64,000 nt of DNA from a virus: positions 1-64,000 of the IMG/VR virus record IMGVR_UViG_3300022682_000042, one strand, 5' to 3'. Under the pieces are notes generated by a model. It saw only the letters and a list, made by a program, of their open reading frames with translations, was not told where the DNA came from and made no database searches. The position numbers and the translations under genes were made by a program. This document shows positions 36,126 to 46,525 of this stretch, in pieces (within the stretch, counting starts at the first letter, position 1; each line of letters opens with the position of its first letter).

Positions 36126-36914
36126 ATGACTGTACTATTTTTTGACATCGAAACGATAATCAGGCCCGAAGTCGAGGATGATGCCTGGGACTGGGCAGCC
36201 CAACGAACCCAACGGTTCGATACGGCTGTGGCCCTCGGTAACAAAGAAGAAGAGGAAGCCGTCAAGCAGTTGGCCGGAACTACCCCGGAGTGGATACAGG
36301 TAGTGGGCCTGTCTGTAGCCCGTGATGAAGAGATGCCCCGATCAGCCTGGGTGGGAGAACTACTGGAAGATGGCCGGGAAGTGACTGAACAATTCTTACT
36401 AGAATCCTTTTGGCAATTGTCCAGGGGACACAATAGCCGGCCTCCAACGTTGGTCAGCTTTAACGGGTCAGCCTTTGATCTTGATGTTATCCGGCTCCGG
36501 TCTGCCCTACTTGGGGTCAAGCCGGGCCGGGACCTGTCAGACATTAAACCCTGGGACCGTGAAAGTCATATAGATACATTTAGCTTGAGATGGCCCAAGG
36601 CGACACGGGCCAGGATGGGCCTCAAGGATTTGGGGAAACGGCTGAACCTACCTTTGCCGCAATTTTTGCCAATTGGGATATCACAATTAGAAGGCGATTC
36701 AGTAAATACATTATATCAGGAAGCTTTAGAGACTAGGGATTTTAGTCTTTGTAAGGATTACGGCTTTCTGGACATCTACCTGACCCGTGAGTTCTACCGG
36801 GTAGGCCAGGGCTTTTGGTGGCCTCAACAGTTGAGCCGGTGGAGTGAGGCCGGGTTCCCCTATGACTATGAGGCCGGTAAGTGGGTTGAGGAAGTGCCGC
36901 CGGGGTGGGAATGA
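36126..36914 (+). CDS. PolB-type 3'-5' exonuclease
   Basis: FFDIET, SFNGSAFD, Y...D motifs. Confidence 0.8.
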   Translation: MTVLFFDIETIIRPEVEDDAWDWAAQRTQRFDTAVALGNKEEEEAVKQLAGTTPEWIQVVGLSVARDEEMPRSAWVGELLEDGREVTEQFLLESFWQLSRGHNSRPPTLVSFNGSAFDLDVIRLRSALLGVKPGRDLSDIKPWDRESHIDTFSLRWPKATRARMGLKDLGKRLNLPLPQFLPIGISQLEGDSVNTLYQEALETRDFSLCKDYGFLDIYLTREFYRVGQGFWWPQQLSRWSEAGFPYDYEAGKWVEEVPPGWE

Positions 36915-37288
36915 TGCAGGCTGTTATTGAAATCCCCGGCCAAGCAATGAGCCTTAAAAACTCAAAACAAATTATCAAGGCCGGAAAGTCCTGGCGACTT
37001 GTCCCATCAAAACCATACCGGCAATGGGCCGAGGCTGTTTTGTGGCAACTCAAGGTCAACGAGAATGTGAGCCGACAGTGGCGGTATCCTCTTCGGGTTA
37101 GCTTCCATTTTTACCGAAGAACCAGGCACCGGTTTGACTATATCAATTTAGCCCAGGGTCCTCTTGATTTGTTGGTAGAAGCTGGTATTATAGAGGATGA
37201 TGATATGAGACACATCGTCCCCGGTGATTTCTCATGGTCATTAGATAAGAATAACCCCCGCACTATTATCAAATTGGAGGAATTATGA
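36911..37288 (+). CDS. RusA-like Holliday junction resolvase
   Basis: SLKN, DYINL...LDLL..AGIIEDD, NPRT. Confidence 0.8.
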   Translation: MMQAVIEIPGQAMSLKNSKQIIKAGKSWRLVPSKPYRQWAEAVLWQLKVNENVSRQWRYPLRVSFHFYRRTRHRFDYINLAQGPLDLLVEAGIIEDDDMRHIVPGDFSWSLDKNNPRTIIKLEEL

Positions 37289-38121
37289 CCGAAACAAGAG
37301 AGACCTATACTATTGGCAATTTGACCCTGGTCGAGACGAAAAGTCGGGATATCCCAACCGATCAATTACTTGAAGAATGGTTCCGGCTAACAGAGACCGG
37401 CCTTATCCAACTTCGACAAGATACCCCACCCCAAGATATCCTGGAATTGCTTGGCTACCGGCTGGCCTCAGACCTGGACGAACTACGATGGCAGATAGGG
37501 GACTGGGCTGTATTGATGGCCTCTCATTATGGCCTGGAAGCTTACGAGAGGCTGGTGGTGGTTTGTGGCCTGAACCATAAGGCCACAGCCGTGGAGGATT
37601 GGGCCTATATCTGTCGGGGAGTGTCTCAACCGGTCCGTTGCCCTGACCTATCTATCTACTACCACCGGCTAGTTGTTCCCCTGAGAGACCCGGCCAAACA
37701 GGGGGAATGGCTAGGCCGGTGTGTCGAAGAGGGCTGGTCCATCAGCCGGTTTGAGGCCGAACTGAGGAAGGCCGGGGAGAAAGAGCCGGAGGCCGAAAAA
37801 CCGTATTACCCTTCTGACCGGGAATACGAATTGATGCTTGAGGCTGAGGCCGAACGTAAGGCCCGGTATGAGGCCCAGGACCGGTTGGCCGAAGTGGAGA
37901 ATGAACTGTCTGAGGCCCGATCAAAACTTGACCAGTATGCCGATGGCTTACCGGCCCCGGAAGTGGCCAGGGGGCAGGTTAGGGAAGTTGTCCGGGTTCT
38001 ACGGGAATTTGCCTCTACCCTGGAACTGGTTGAGATAGTCAAAGACCCGGCCAAGTGGGTCAGGACTGTTCGGGCCTTATTGGAGTCGGTGGCCACTGAC
38101 TTGGAGGAACTTGAGGCTTGA
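37285..38121 (+). CDS. Hypothetical phage protein
   Basis: WQIGDW..LS..HR.V motif; coiled-coil tail. Confidence 0.6.
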   Translation: MTETRETYTIGNLTLVETKSRDIPTDQLLEEWFRLTETGLIQLRQDTPPQDILELLGYRLASDLDELRWQIGDWAVLMASHYGLEAYERLVVVCGLNHKATAVEDWAYICRGVSQPVRCPDLSIYYHRLVVPLRDPAKQGEWLGRCVEEGWSISRFEAELRKAGEKEPEAEKPYYPSDREYELMLEAEAERKARYEAQDRLAEVENELSEARSKLDQYADGLPAPEVARGQVREVVRVLREFASTLELVEIVKDPAKWVRTVRALLESVATDLEELEA

Positions 38122-38146
38122 CAAAAATACTTGACTGTAGTATAAT
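38118..38146 (+). promoter_or_regulatory. Consensus promoter upstream of a long primase leader
   Basis: TTGACA-17-TATAAT. Confidence 0.8.
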
Positions 38147-38483
38147 GCCTATGTAGAGTTTTTTGAGATTAACCCGGCGGGGTGGGATGGCAACTACCCC
38201 AGGAAGGGCCGGGAACTTAGAAAAATAAGGGACATCGGAGAAAACAGTGAAACGTACATTTCACAGTTTAATACACTTTACTATAGCTAAAAACGCTTTT
38301 ATCTCTGGCCGGCCCCCGTCCCTATGGGGGCCAGCCAAGCCCCCGGCCAACGGCAGCGATGCCACTGTTTTCTCCGGGGCCGGTCAGAGGTAAAGGTGTT
38401 TTTTTATTTGGTGAGATTGGTTGAATGTGACGAAAGCCTGGTGATGGAACAAGCCGGGGCGCAAAGACTGCCGGGGTTCTAAA

Positions 38484-39509
38484 ATGATGGACCTAACCTC
38501 CCTCAAGCTATCTGTCAGCCTGGCAGAATTAGTAGAACGTCGGTTAGGCCCTCCCACCGGCAAAACAAACCCGATGTGGCCCTGTCCTTTCCACGACGAT
38601 AGAGATCCATCTTTTGGGATCTTTGTAGACCAGGCCGGGGCCGAACGGTACAAATGTTTTGGCTGTGGGGCCACCGGGGATGTATTCGACTGGTTAGAGG
38701 CTACCGGCCAGGCCCACAACTTAACTGAGGCCATAGAACTGCTTAACGGCAAACCCGGCAAACCGATCAAACTATCCCCGGAAGCCCAGGCCAGAGTCGA
38801 ACAAATAAGACAAGAGAGGCTGACCGAAAAGCAACGAAAGGCCCAGGAAGCCCTGTCTACCCTGGATAGGTTGTCCGACAAGGTGGAAGTCTATCATCGA
38901 CAGGTGGGGGAGATATTAGGCCATTGGGAGACTGAGGGGATACAGGCTGAGGCCGTAGGCCGGTGGAAGTTGGGATATTGCCCTTCATTTCCTGTGGCCG
39001 GTCGGTCGGAACCAACGGCCGTTATCCCCTATTTCGAGGGGGGCCGGTTAGTCAATTTGAGACATCGGCTACTGTACCCCAATGGTCACGGCAAGTACCG
39101 GCCCGAATTTGCCGGTATCCCCAACCGGCCTTTCAACCTGGATGTGTTGAGGCCCAACGATATCCCCTTTTGGCTGCTGGAACCGGGTGAATATGTACTG
39201 GTTGAGGGAGAGAAGAAGGCTATCGTCTTGACCGAGTGGGGCCTGCCGGCCATTGGCCTACCAGGGGTCTCTTCCTGGCAATCTGAGTGGGCCAAAGAGT
39301 TTACCGGGGCCGGAACTGTCTTTGTGGCCCTGGATGACCAGCAGCCCCAGACATTAGCCCAGGCAGGCCGGATAGGGACTGACCTGGTGGGGGCCAGGGT
39401 TAACGTAAGAGTGGCATCTATGCCCTGCAAGCCGGATGACTTCTTTGTCCGGTATGGGGGAAGGGCGGATGATTTTATAGGGATATTGAAGCAAGGGAGG
39501 AATCTATGA
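38484..39509 (+). CDS. DNA primase (CHC2 zinc finger + TOPRIM)
   Basis: CPFHDDRDPSF..CFGC; LVEGEKKA; VALDD. Confidence 0.88.
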   Translation: MMDLTSLKLSVSLAELVERRLGPPTGKTNPMWPCPFHDDRDPSFGIFVDQAGAERYKCFGCGATGDVFDWLEATGQAHNLTEAIELLNGKPGKPIKLSPEAQARVEQIRQERLTEKQRKAQEALSTLDRLSDKVEVYHRQVGEILGHWETEGIQAEAVGRWKLGYCPSFPVAGRSEPTAVIPYFEGGRLVNLRHRLLYPNGHGKYRPEFAGIPNRPFNLDVLRPNDIPFWLLEPGEYVLVEGEKKAIVLTEWGLPAIGLPGVSSWQSEWAKEFTGAGTVFVALDDQQPQTLAQAGRIGTDLVGARVNVRVASMPCKPDDFFVRYGGRADDFIGILKQGRNL

Positions 39510-39838
39510 CAACAGAATATACCGGAACAATTTGGGCAAAAAGCAATGACAGGCAGGCTTTAGAAAATATAGGGATTATTCTTGGGAGTCATAATGGATA
39601 TGAATTTACAAATTGTATAGTCTCTGAAGAAGCTATGGAAAAACTGGATAAACTTTGGGGCCGATATTATTGGAAATTAGAGGATAAAGAATGGGTCACA
39701 GTTGGATGTAGTAGTGGAAACTGTCGAGGCCGAAGAAACGGGAAAAGGGGCTTCCCGGTAACTATTAAAGCATCAAAATTAGAAGATTATAACTCTGGCA
39801 AATATAGACCAGTATGTAATGAGTGCTTTAGTAAATAG
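39506..39838 (+). CDS. Hypothetical protein
   Basis: Coupled; AT-rich; C-terminal cysteines. Confidence 0.5.
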   Translation: MTTEYTGTIWAKSNDRQALENIGIILGSHNGYEFTNCIVSEEAMEKLDKLWGRYYWKLEDKEWVTVGCSSGNCRGRRNGKRGFPVTIKASKLEDYNSGKYRPVCNECFSK

Positions 39839-39847
39839 GAGAAAGCT

Positions 39848-40033
39848 ATGACCCAAGAATTTACACCCGACCAATTATTGGAATGGCTCGAAGAGGCCAA
39901 AGAACTCGAGGAATATTACCGGAAGAACCTTATCCAGTGGAAACGGGTCCGAGAGAACCTTGAGGCCCGGCTGAACCTGGTTATCGATCAGCAGTTGGCA
40001 GTTATGGAAGTCGAAAAATGGCTGGATCAATAG
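39848..40033 (+). CDS. Small coiled-coil protein
   Basis: AGGAG RBS. Confidence 0.5.
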   Translation: MTQEFTPDQLLEWLEEAKELEEYYRKNLIQWKRVRENLEARLNLVIDQQLAVMEVEKWLDQ

Positions 40034-40245
40034 ACTGTGACTGTGGCAAGGTCAACGTATTTCCTACCCTGGAACTGGCCGAACAGGCCGTAAACCACTA
40101 TAACCGGGATAGATGCACCCCTAACGGAGTGAGGCAGTACCCGGTTCGTTGTACTCGCTGTGGCCAATATTGCCTGACCAGCCATAAGTATGGCGAGTGG
40201 AGGCCGGGGGTGGCAGTGGAAGAGATGGTGGAGGCTGAGGTTTGA
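40018..40245 (+). CDS. Small zinc-binding protein
   Basis: CGK..F..A, CTRCG...LT. Confidence 0.5.
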   Translation: MAGSIDCDCGKVNVFPTLELAEQAVNHYNRDRCTPNGVRQYPVRCTRCGQYCLTSHKYGEWRPGVAVEEMVEAEV

Positions 40246-40451
40246 CTACAAAATACTTTGGGGGTATAATATCTGTACAATTGAATGGTAGTTCATTCCC
40301 TTTGGCCGGGGAATGGCTGCCGGTAAGTAAGACAAGCCCATAGTCACGGTGACTCCTGTTTTTTCGGGGCCGCTGGATAGCTATCTATCATTGACTATGG
40401 GGGTAGATGGCAGGCCAGCCAGCGGTGCCGAAAGGATGGGAGTTTTTTATT

Positions 40452-41273
40452 ATGGCAAAACGGAAAAGTATAAGCAAGAAAACAAGATTTGAAGTATTTA
40501 AGCGTGATAGTTTTACTTGCCAGTATTGTGGTAGGTCTGCCCCTGATGTGCTTCTCCAAATAGATCATATTGAGCCATATTCAAAAACAGAAGATAATGA
40601 CATTCTTAATCTAGTTACAAGCTGTTCGGACTGTAACTTGGGAAAAGGAGCCAAGTCTTTACAAGATGATACTGTAATCAAGAAAAAGAAACAACAATTA
40701 AATGAATTACAGGAAAGACGAGAGCAGCTTGAAATGATGATGGCTTGGCATCGGTCTTTACTTGATTTGGAAGAACAGGCAGTTACCGAGTTATCTGACT
40801 TTTGGTCTGAATTGACAGAATATAACTTAAATGAATATGGACTAAAAAACATTAAGCGATGGGTAAAACGATTTGGTCTTCAAGAAGTTATTGAAGTTAT
40901 GAAAATATCAACATCTCAATATCTAAAATATGAATATACCGAGGAAAATCCTACTTCACCTACCCACGAATCTGTTGAAAAAAGTTTCAACTATATTCCA
41001 AAAATTTGTGCATCACGTCGAAAAACAAAAGATAAGCCCTATTTGAAAGACCTGTATTATATCAGGGGTATTATTAGAAATCGTCTGTCTTATATCAACG
41101 AGTGGCAATCAATCCAAATTATGGAAGAGGCTTTTTTAGTAGGTGTATCTATTGACACCTTAAAAAATATCGCTCTGGCAGTAGACTCCTGGAAAGAGTT
41201 TAAGGTAACAGTTGATTACTGCAAGGATTATAAAGAAAGGGAAAGTGGCGAAAATGGGCAAGAAACTTTATGA
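40452..41273 (+). CDS. HNH endonuclease domain protein
   Basis: RFEVFKRDSFTCQYCG..IDHIEP..NLVTSCSDCNLGK. Confidence 0.88.
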   Translation: MAKRKSISKKTRFEVFKRDSFTCQYCGRSAPDVLLQIDHIEPYSKTEDNDILNLVTSCSDCNLGKGAKSLQDDTVIKKKKQQLNELQERREQLEMMMAWHRSLLDLEEQAVTELSDFWSELTEYNLNEYGLKNIKRWVKRFGLQEVIEVMKISTSQYLKYEYTEENPTSPTHESVEKSFNYIPKICASRRKTKDKPYLKDLYYIRGIIRNRLSYINEWQSIQIMEEAFLVGVSIDTLKNIALAVDSWKEFKVTVDYCKDYKERESGENGQETL

Positions 41274-42282
41274 AAAATCTCAGTCTGGTAATTTTAGATT
41301 TAAGACCACCAGAAAAATAGGAGATGTCCGAATACCTAATTATGTTTATGACTTATGGATGCCACTTGTCGGAGCCACAGCTATAGGCGTATATGGAACA
41401 TACTGCCGACTGGAAAGAGAAGGTTCTGTCAAGGCTATTACAATGGCAGACCTTGCAAAAGCCTGCCGAATAGGGACCGATAAGTTACGAACAATCAATG
41501 AAACATTAGAGGAGTGTGGTTTTGTTTCTATTACCAAACCAGAGGGGGCGGCCCGGCTCATGCATTTTACAACAGAAATCACTACTCATAATCCACCATT
41601 TGTTATTCCCAAAAAGTTAATTGAAAAACTGGCTATTACCAGTGGTTATGAGGTTTTAAGCAAGTGGTTAGTTGAAGAAAATGACCAAGAAGATGAAGAC
41701 CAAACTCCATCTTCGGAAAACCTAGATGGGTTTTCCGAAGAGCCTAACCAGGCCCTTGACGAAGACCTATCTGGGTCTCCCAAGGTTGTAGCCCTTGGTT
41801 TGCAACCCTTGGAGGTTGCAGAAAGTGAACCTTCTTTTTCTGGAAAAAACGGCCAACCCTCTGACCCGACAGACTTCTTTTTTGCTGGAAAAGAAGTAAA
41901 CGAGTTAACCGGTCCTAATCCAACCGACCAACACTTTCGATACGGACAGGAGGTAGAACGGGCCTTTGACGAATTAGCCGGCGGATGGGGTAAGACGGCC
42001 CAACAACGATTGGTTCAGCGAGACTTGCTCAGGGGTGGTGTAGTTGAACGTGAAAAGCGGGGCGAGAAATTTGATTTGGCTCAGTGGGAGCAGTCTATCC
42101 GGGAGAGTATAGGCCGGGGGGTTGGGGCTGGTAACATTGCCCGGTTCTGGGAGGTCTATGACTGCGGGGGAAGTTATGAAGAGTATCTCAGGCAGGCTTA
42201 CCCGAAAGAGAACAAGTCTGCACAATCCCGTTATGGCATACAGGAAAGGGAAGACGGTAAGACCGTCCTGGTGATAGATTGA
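41254..42282 (+). CDS. Replication initiator-like winged-helix protein
   Basis: N-terminal wHTH; directly upstream of helicase. Confidence 0.6.
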   Translation: MGKKLYEKSQSGNFRFKTTRKIGDVRIPNYVYDLWMPLVGATAIGVYGTYCRLEREGSVKAITMADLAKACRIGTDKLRTINETLEECGFVSITKPEGAARLMHFTTEITTHNPPFVIPKKLIEKLAITSGYEVLSKWLVEENDQEDEDQTPSSENLDGFSEEPNQALDEDLSGSPKVVALGLQPLEVAESEPSFSGKNGQPSDPTDFFFAGKEVNELTGPNPTDQHFRYGQEVERAFDELAGGWGKTAQQRLVQRDLLRGGVVEREKRGEKFDLAQWEQSIRESIGRGVGAGNIARFWEVYDCGGSYEEYLRQAYPKENKSAQSRYGIQEREDGKTVLVID

Positions 42283-43301
42283 TGACAAACAACGGCAGCC
42301 AGCCAGCAATGGACAGGGTTAAAGAGGCCGGCAAGATGTTTTTGTTCACGCCGGCCGAAAGCACGGCCAGCTACACGGCCTATGTCGAGGAACAGTTACA
42401 GGCCCCCCAGGTCAATTGGGGCTGCAAGACCCTGGATAACAGTATTACCCCGATGAAACCGGGTCAGGTAACGATGGTGGTGGCCAGGCCGGGCAATGGC
42501 AAGACTTCATTTATGGTCTATCTGGCCCGAAAGACAGCCTTGGATTTACGGGCTAGGGGAGAAGATAAGGACAAGTGTGTAGTCTATATCAGTTGGGAAG
42601 AGCCGGTTGAGTCGATTGAGATGTCTATTCAGTCCGGGGAACGGTACAGTAGTGAGGATGTGGCCTGGAATCGGGTCAACCTGGACCAGGTAGTGGGGGC
42701 CAGCCTGTCCCGGCCCTCTCTTCCCATCTGGCTTATTGGCCGGTCATTGGTTAGAGACCGGGATAAGCGTAAGCCCCCTTTGACTGTGGATAAGGTCATT
42801 GATACGATCAAAGCGATGTTCTATGAGTTTGGTAAGAAACCGGTCCTGATATGTGGTGACTATCTACAAAAGGTTCCGGTCTCTGTCCGGGGTCGGTCAA
42901 GGATGGATGAAGTCACCGAGGCCATGTTTAGCCTGACTGAGCTTTCTATTGACACCAATTGTCCGGTCCTGTTTGGGGCGCAGGCTACCAGGGATGTCGA
43001 TGACCAGGGCCTACCAATTCCTACCCTGTCCGGGGCGCAGTGGACATCAGCCATAGAACAAGAAGCTTTCAGGATGTTGGCCCTACTCAGGCCGACAACG
43101 GTATTCAAGAAAGGGGGTGGGGGAATGGAGTATATCGAGGTTGGGGGCCGGGAATACAAGGTGGATGAGAATTTGCTTTTAGTCCGGCTCTTGAAGCAGC
43201 GTCAATATTTTCCATCGAATAATACCTATGCAGTCCGGTTTGACCCAAGACGGTTTGAGATGCAAGATTTTTCTTATGTCGGGGTTGGTAATGAAATATA
43301 G
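42282..43301 (+). CDS. DnaB-like replicative helicase
   Basis: ARPGNGKT, DYLQ, AIEQEA. Confidence 0.88.
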   Translation: MTNNGSQPAMDRVKEAGKMFLFTPAESTASYTAYVEEQLQAPQVNWGCKTLDNSITPMKPGQVTMVVARPGNGKTSFMVYLARKTALDLRARGEDKDKCVVYISWEEPVESIEMSIQSGERYSSEDVAWNRVNLDQVVGASLSRPSLPIWLIGRSLVRDRDKRKPPLTVDKVIDTIKAMFYEFGKKPVLICGDYLQKVPVSVRGRSRMDEVTEAMFSLTELSIDTNCPVLFGAQATRDVDDQGLPIPTLSGAQWTSAIEQEAFRMLALLRPTTVFKKGGGGMEYIEVGGREYKVDENLLLVRLLKQRQYFPSNNTYAVRFDPRRFEMQDFSYVGVGNEI

Positions 43302-43367
43302 TGACCTCCCCCGCCTGTACGTTTATCATTGCCTGTTGGCCCGGAATAGTTTTGGGCCTGAACGGGC

Positions 43368-43520
43368 TATGTGGTGGCTAAAATACTCTGTACTAAATTG
43401 AATATTGATATGGGACAGGTGATGGCCGACAATATCGAGAAATTGCTTGTCAGGTATCCTAATGGCTACTCTTCAGATGATAGTCAAAACAGAATTGACG
43501 TTAAAAAGGAGAAAGTGTAA
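43368..43520 (+). pseudogene. C-terminal remnant of a MazG-like pyrophosphatase
   Basis: LCTKLNIDMGQVMADNIEKLLVRYPNGY..SQNRID without the N-terminal part. Confidence 0.5.
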
Positions 43521-44248
43521 TGGGGAAAAACAGTTCTATCGAGTGGACCGATTCAACTGTAAATTTTTGGCAAGGCTGCCAGAAGGTTAGCCCCGGCTGC
43601 AAAAACTGTTATATGTACCGGGACAAGAAACGGTATGGCCAAGACCCGGCCACAGTAGTCAGGTCTAGCCCGGCCACATTCAATAAACCGAAGAAGTGGA
43701 AAGACCCGGCCCTGGTCTTTACCTGTTCCTGGTCGGACTTTTTCATCGAACAGGCTGACCCCTGGCGGGATGAAGCCTGGGACATTATCAGGCAGACTCC
43801 TCATTTGACTTACCAGATTTTGACAAAGCGGCCCGAACTGGTCAAGGACCGGTTGCCCGATGATTGGGGCGAGGGGTGGCCCAATGTCTGGCTTGGGGTT
43901 AGTATTGAGACTGAGGATTATTACTGGCGGATTATGGCTATCGAGGATATTCCGGCAATGGTTAAATTTGTCAGCGCTGAACCCCTGTTAGGGCCATTAT
44001 CCAACCTGTACAGTTATTTCCCGGTTATTGATTGGGTAATTACCGGGGGGGAAAGCGGGCCAAAGTACAGGCCGGCCAACCTGGATTGGTTCCGGGAAAT
44101 TCGGGATGATTGCCAGAAGTGGGGAGTTCCGTTCTTCCATAAGCAACATGGAGGGAACCGGAAGGTCGATGGAGTCTGGGGAGGCCGGATGTTGGACGGG
44201 CGGGCCTGGGATGAGATGCCGGAAGTTAGAAGTCTTAAAAATACTTGA
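43520..44248 (+). CDS. Gp37/Gp68 (DUF5131) family protein
   Basis: SSIEWTD..GCQKVSPGCKNCY..LTKRP..WVITGGESG. Confidence 0.9.
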   Translation: MGKNSSIEWTDSTVNFWQGCQKVSPGCKNCYMYRDKKRYGQDPATVVRSSPATFNKPKKWKDPALVFTCSWSDFFIEQADPWRDEAWDIIRQTPHLTYQILTKRPELVKDRLPDDWGEGWPNVWLGVSIETEDYYWRIMAIEDIPAMVKFVSAEPLLGPLSNLYSYFPVIDWVITGGESGPKYRPANLDWFREIRDDCQKWGVPFFHKQHGGNRKVDGVWGGRMLDGRAWDEMPEVRSLKNT

Positions 44249-44296
44249 CTTGTCGGGCCAACGGTGGTACAATGGATGGTAGGAGGATTACTGAGT

Positions 44297-44704
44297 ATGA
44301 CAAATAGACTTACTATAGGCCGGGCCACAGAATTGTACCGGAAGGGCCTACTCAAAATAGCTCCCCCCCAGTATCGGGGCCGATCTGCCGTATTTATGCC
44401 AGTTGTCGATACAGAAACTGGCCAACCGGTCAACCTGAACCCCCAGTCTTTTCGGGTCAACGGCTCATTTATTCCGGCCCGACAATACCTGCTTGAGAAA
44501 GACGTTATTCTGTCCGATGCCCAGAGGTTTGGTCTGGCCCTGATAGCCTGGCTCAAGGGCTACGAAGGCCCTGACAAATGGGCTTTGGTCGAGGATATTG
44601 TTCAATTCCTGGGGGAACCGGACGATAACGGAAATATTACTTTAACAATCAATGTGGGGCCTCATCTTGCCGAACGAGAACAAGACCCCAACGGGACCGG
44701 GTAA
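44297..44704 (+). CDS. Hypothetical protein
   Basis: AGGAGG RBS. Confidence 0.55.
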   Translation: MTNRLTIGRATELYRKGLLKIAPPQYRGRSAVFMPVVDTETGQPVNLNPQSFRVNGSFIPARQYLLEKDVILSDAQRFGLALIAWLKGYEGPDKWALVEDIVQFLGEPDDNGNITLTINVGPHLAEREQDPNGTG

Positions 44705-45134
44705 CGGCCCGGATACCGAAAACCTGACCGGGGAACAGGTTGGCCTTCTCAGGATGTTGGGTCGGCTTGAGGCTAAACTTGACGGCCTGGCCCAGATAAT
44801 CCGGGAAGGGCAGGAAGAACTGGCAGACTCAATAGACCACCTGGTTGAGTGTCAGAACCGGGTTAGAGATGCCCTGGCTTATCTACTAAGCCACCGAGAG
44901 GGGCCGGAAGCCCGGAAGTTCCAGGAAGCCATAGAAAAATATCCGGGCCACCCAGAGGATAGGACCGAGTATGAAAGTTTGCTGGTACAGGTCCGAGAGA
45001 AACAAAGATACCTGAATCTGTTAAGGGAAGAGGGGGCCAGGGCGGGACATCCCGACCCGGCTCGACAAATTGAGATAGAAGATTTGCAGGACGAAATCAA
45101 CGAGTTACATATTAAAATTAGGAGAATGTCATGA
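44652..45134 (+). CDS. Coiled-coil hypothetical protein (start uncertain)
   Basis: Coupled to next gene. Confidence 0.5.
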   Translation: MWGLILPNENKTPTGPGNGPDTENLTGEQVGLLRMLGRLEAKLDGLAQIIREGQEELADSIDHLVECQNRVRDALAYLLSHREGPEARKFQEAIEKYPGHPEDRTEYESLLVQVREKQRYLNLLREEGARAGHPDPARQIEIEDLQDEINELHIKIRRMS

Positions 45135-45541
45135 AAACTTTGACCATTGTTATTTTAGCTTTACTGTTGTTTGTAGCCCTGGCAGTACCGGCCCTGGCTC
45201 AAGACAATACCGGCCAATTGCCTGATACGGCCGTTGGCTTCCTGACCCTGCTGACCGGCCTGGCTACGGCCTGGATAGGGGGTGGGGCTATCGGTTCGTT
45301 TCTAACCAACCTACTCAAGACCTTGACCTTTATCCCAGAAGAGGATAGATCAAGGATAACCGGAACAGGAGCCGAGTTTGTGGCGGCAGTTCTGACTACG
45401 GCTGTAGGGGTTCTGGTCCAATACTCTTTACCTTTATTCCAATACCTTGATACAGCCGGAATATGGCCTATTATCCTGGCGATTGTAGCGGCAACACCGG
45501 CGGCCTTCTTTGGTAAGCTAACTTACAAACTGTCGAAATAA
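45131..45541 (+). CDS. Multi-TM membrane protein (holin candidate)
   Basis: Signal-like N-terminus plus 3 hydrophobic segments. Confidence 0.5.
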   Translation: MKTLTIVILALLLFVALAVPALAQDNTGQLPDTAVGFLTLLTGLATAWIGGGAIGSFLTNLLKTLTFIPEEDRSRITGTGAEFVAAVLTTAVGVLVQYSLPLFQYLDTAGIWPIILAIVAATPAAFFGKLTYKLSK

Positions 45542-45565
45542 CAGGCAGGCGGGAGGGGACCCCGA

Positions 45566-46525
45566 ATGTTGCCACTTAAGCAGTACCGTATTTTAATTAC
45601 CGGTGGAACCGGCTCCCTCGGTTCTACTCTGGCCCGACAGTGGGCCGGCGATGGTCACCAACTGACCATTATCAGCCGGAATGACCACCGGCAGGCCGAA
45701 CTTATGGCCGACCTTCCCCAGGTAGCTTTCTATTCTCTGGACCTGGGAGACCGGAAACATTTACCTCGGCTTGAACGAATATGCCGGGGACAAGACCTCT
45801 GTATCCACACAGCGGCCCAAAAAGTTGTATCAATGGGCCAGTATCAACCCTCCGCTTATATCTCTACCAACATTCAAGGAACCCAAAATATTTGTGATGC
45901 CTGGGCCGCGGCCCACGGCAATTGTCGGCGGTTGTTAGCCATCTCGACTGATAAAGCACCACAAAGTTTGAATCTATACGGGGCTACCAAAAAGGTTGGA
46001 GAGGCCCTTGTCCGGGACTATGACGGGTCTTGCCTCCGGTATGGCAATGTAGTTACCTCAAAAGGTTCCTTTATTCAGGTCTGGAAAGAGGCAGCCAAAC
46101 AGGGCCACCCCCTGGTTTTACGGTCCGGGGCAACCCTGGATGAAAAATTGACCTGGGAATTTCCGACCCGGTTTTATCTGTCAATGGCCCAGGCCGTGGG
46201 GTTGGTTGAGGAAGCCCTGGGCTTGGTTCTGATAGGCCAGCAAGGGATATTCGTCCCTAACCACGTTTGGGCCTTTGATATGAAAGATGTAGCTGAGGCC
46301 ACCGGCCTTCCCTACGAAATCAGGCCCATCACCGGGTATGAGAAACTTCACGAAATCTTACTGGCCCCCGGTGAAGGGTGGCAAGGGATGGGCCGGTATT
46401 TGGGCCGGGTAGTTGTTCCTCATTGGCCTGATGAGGACCTGGGGTATTATGATACATTCAGGAGTGATAAGGCCCGAAGGCTGTCAGGCCTTCGGGTATT
46501 AGAGTTAGCGGGATGGTGGAAATGA
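45566..46525 (+). CDS. UDP-GlcNAc 4,6-dehydratase-like (PseB/FlaA1, Polysacc_synt_2)
   Basis: ITGGTGSLG, HTAAQK, STDKA, YGATK, RYGNV..SKGS, EKLHE. Confidence 0.88.
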   Translation: MLPLKQYRILITGGTGSLGSTLARQWAGDGHQLTIISRNDHRQAELMADLPQVAFYSLDLGDRKHLPRLERICRGQDLCIHTAAQKVVSMGQYQPSAYISTNIQGTQNICDAWAAAHGNCRRLLAISTDKAPQSLNLYGATKKVGEALVRDYDGSCLRYGNVVTSKGSFIQVWKEAAKQGHPLVLRSGATLDEKLTWEFPTRFYLSMAQAVGLVEEALGLVLIGQQGIFVPNHVWAFDMKDVAEATGLPYEIRPITGYEKLHEILLAPGEGWQGMGRYLGRVVVPHWPDEDLGYYDTFRSDKARRLSGLRVLELAGWWK

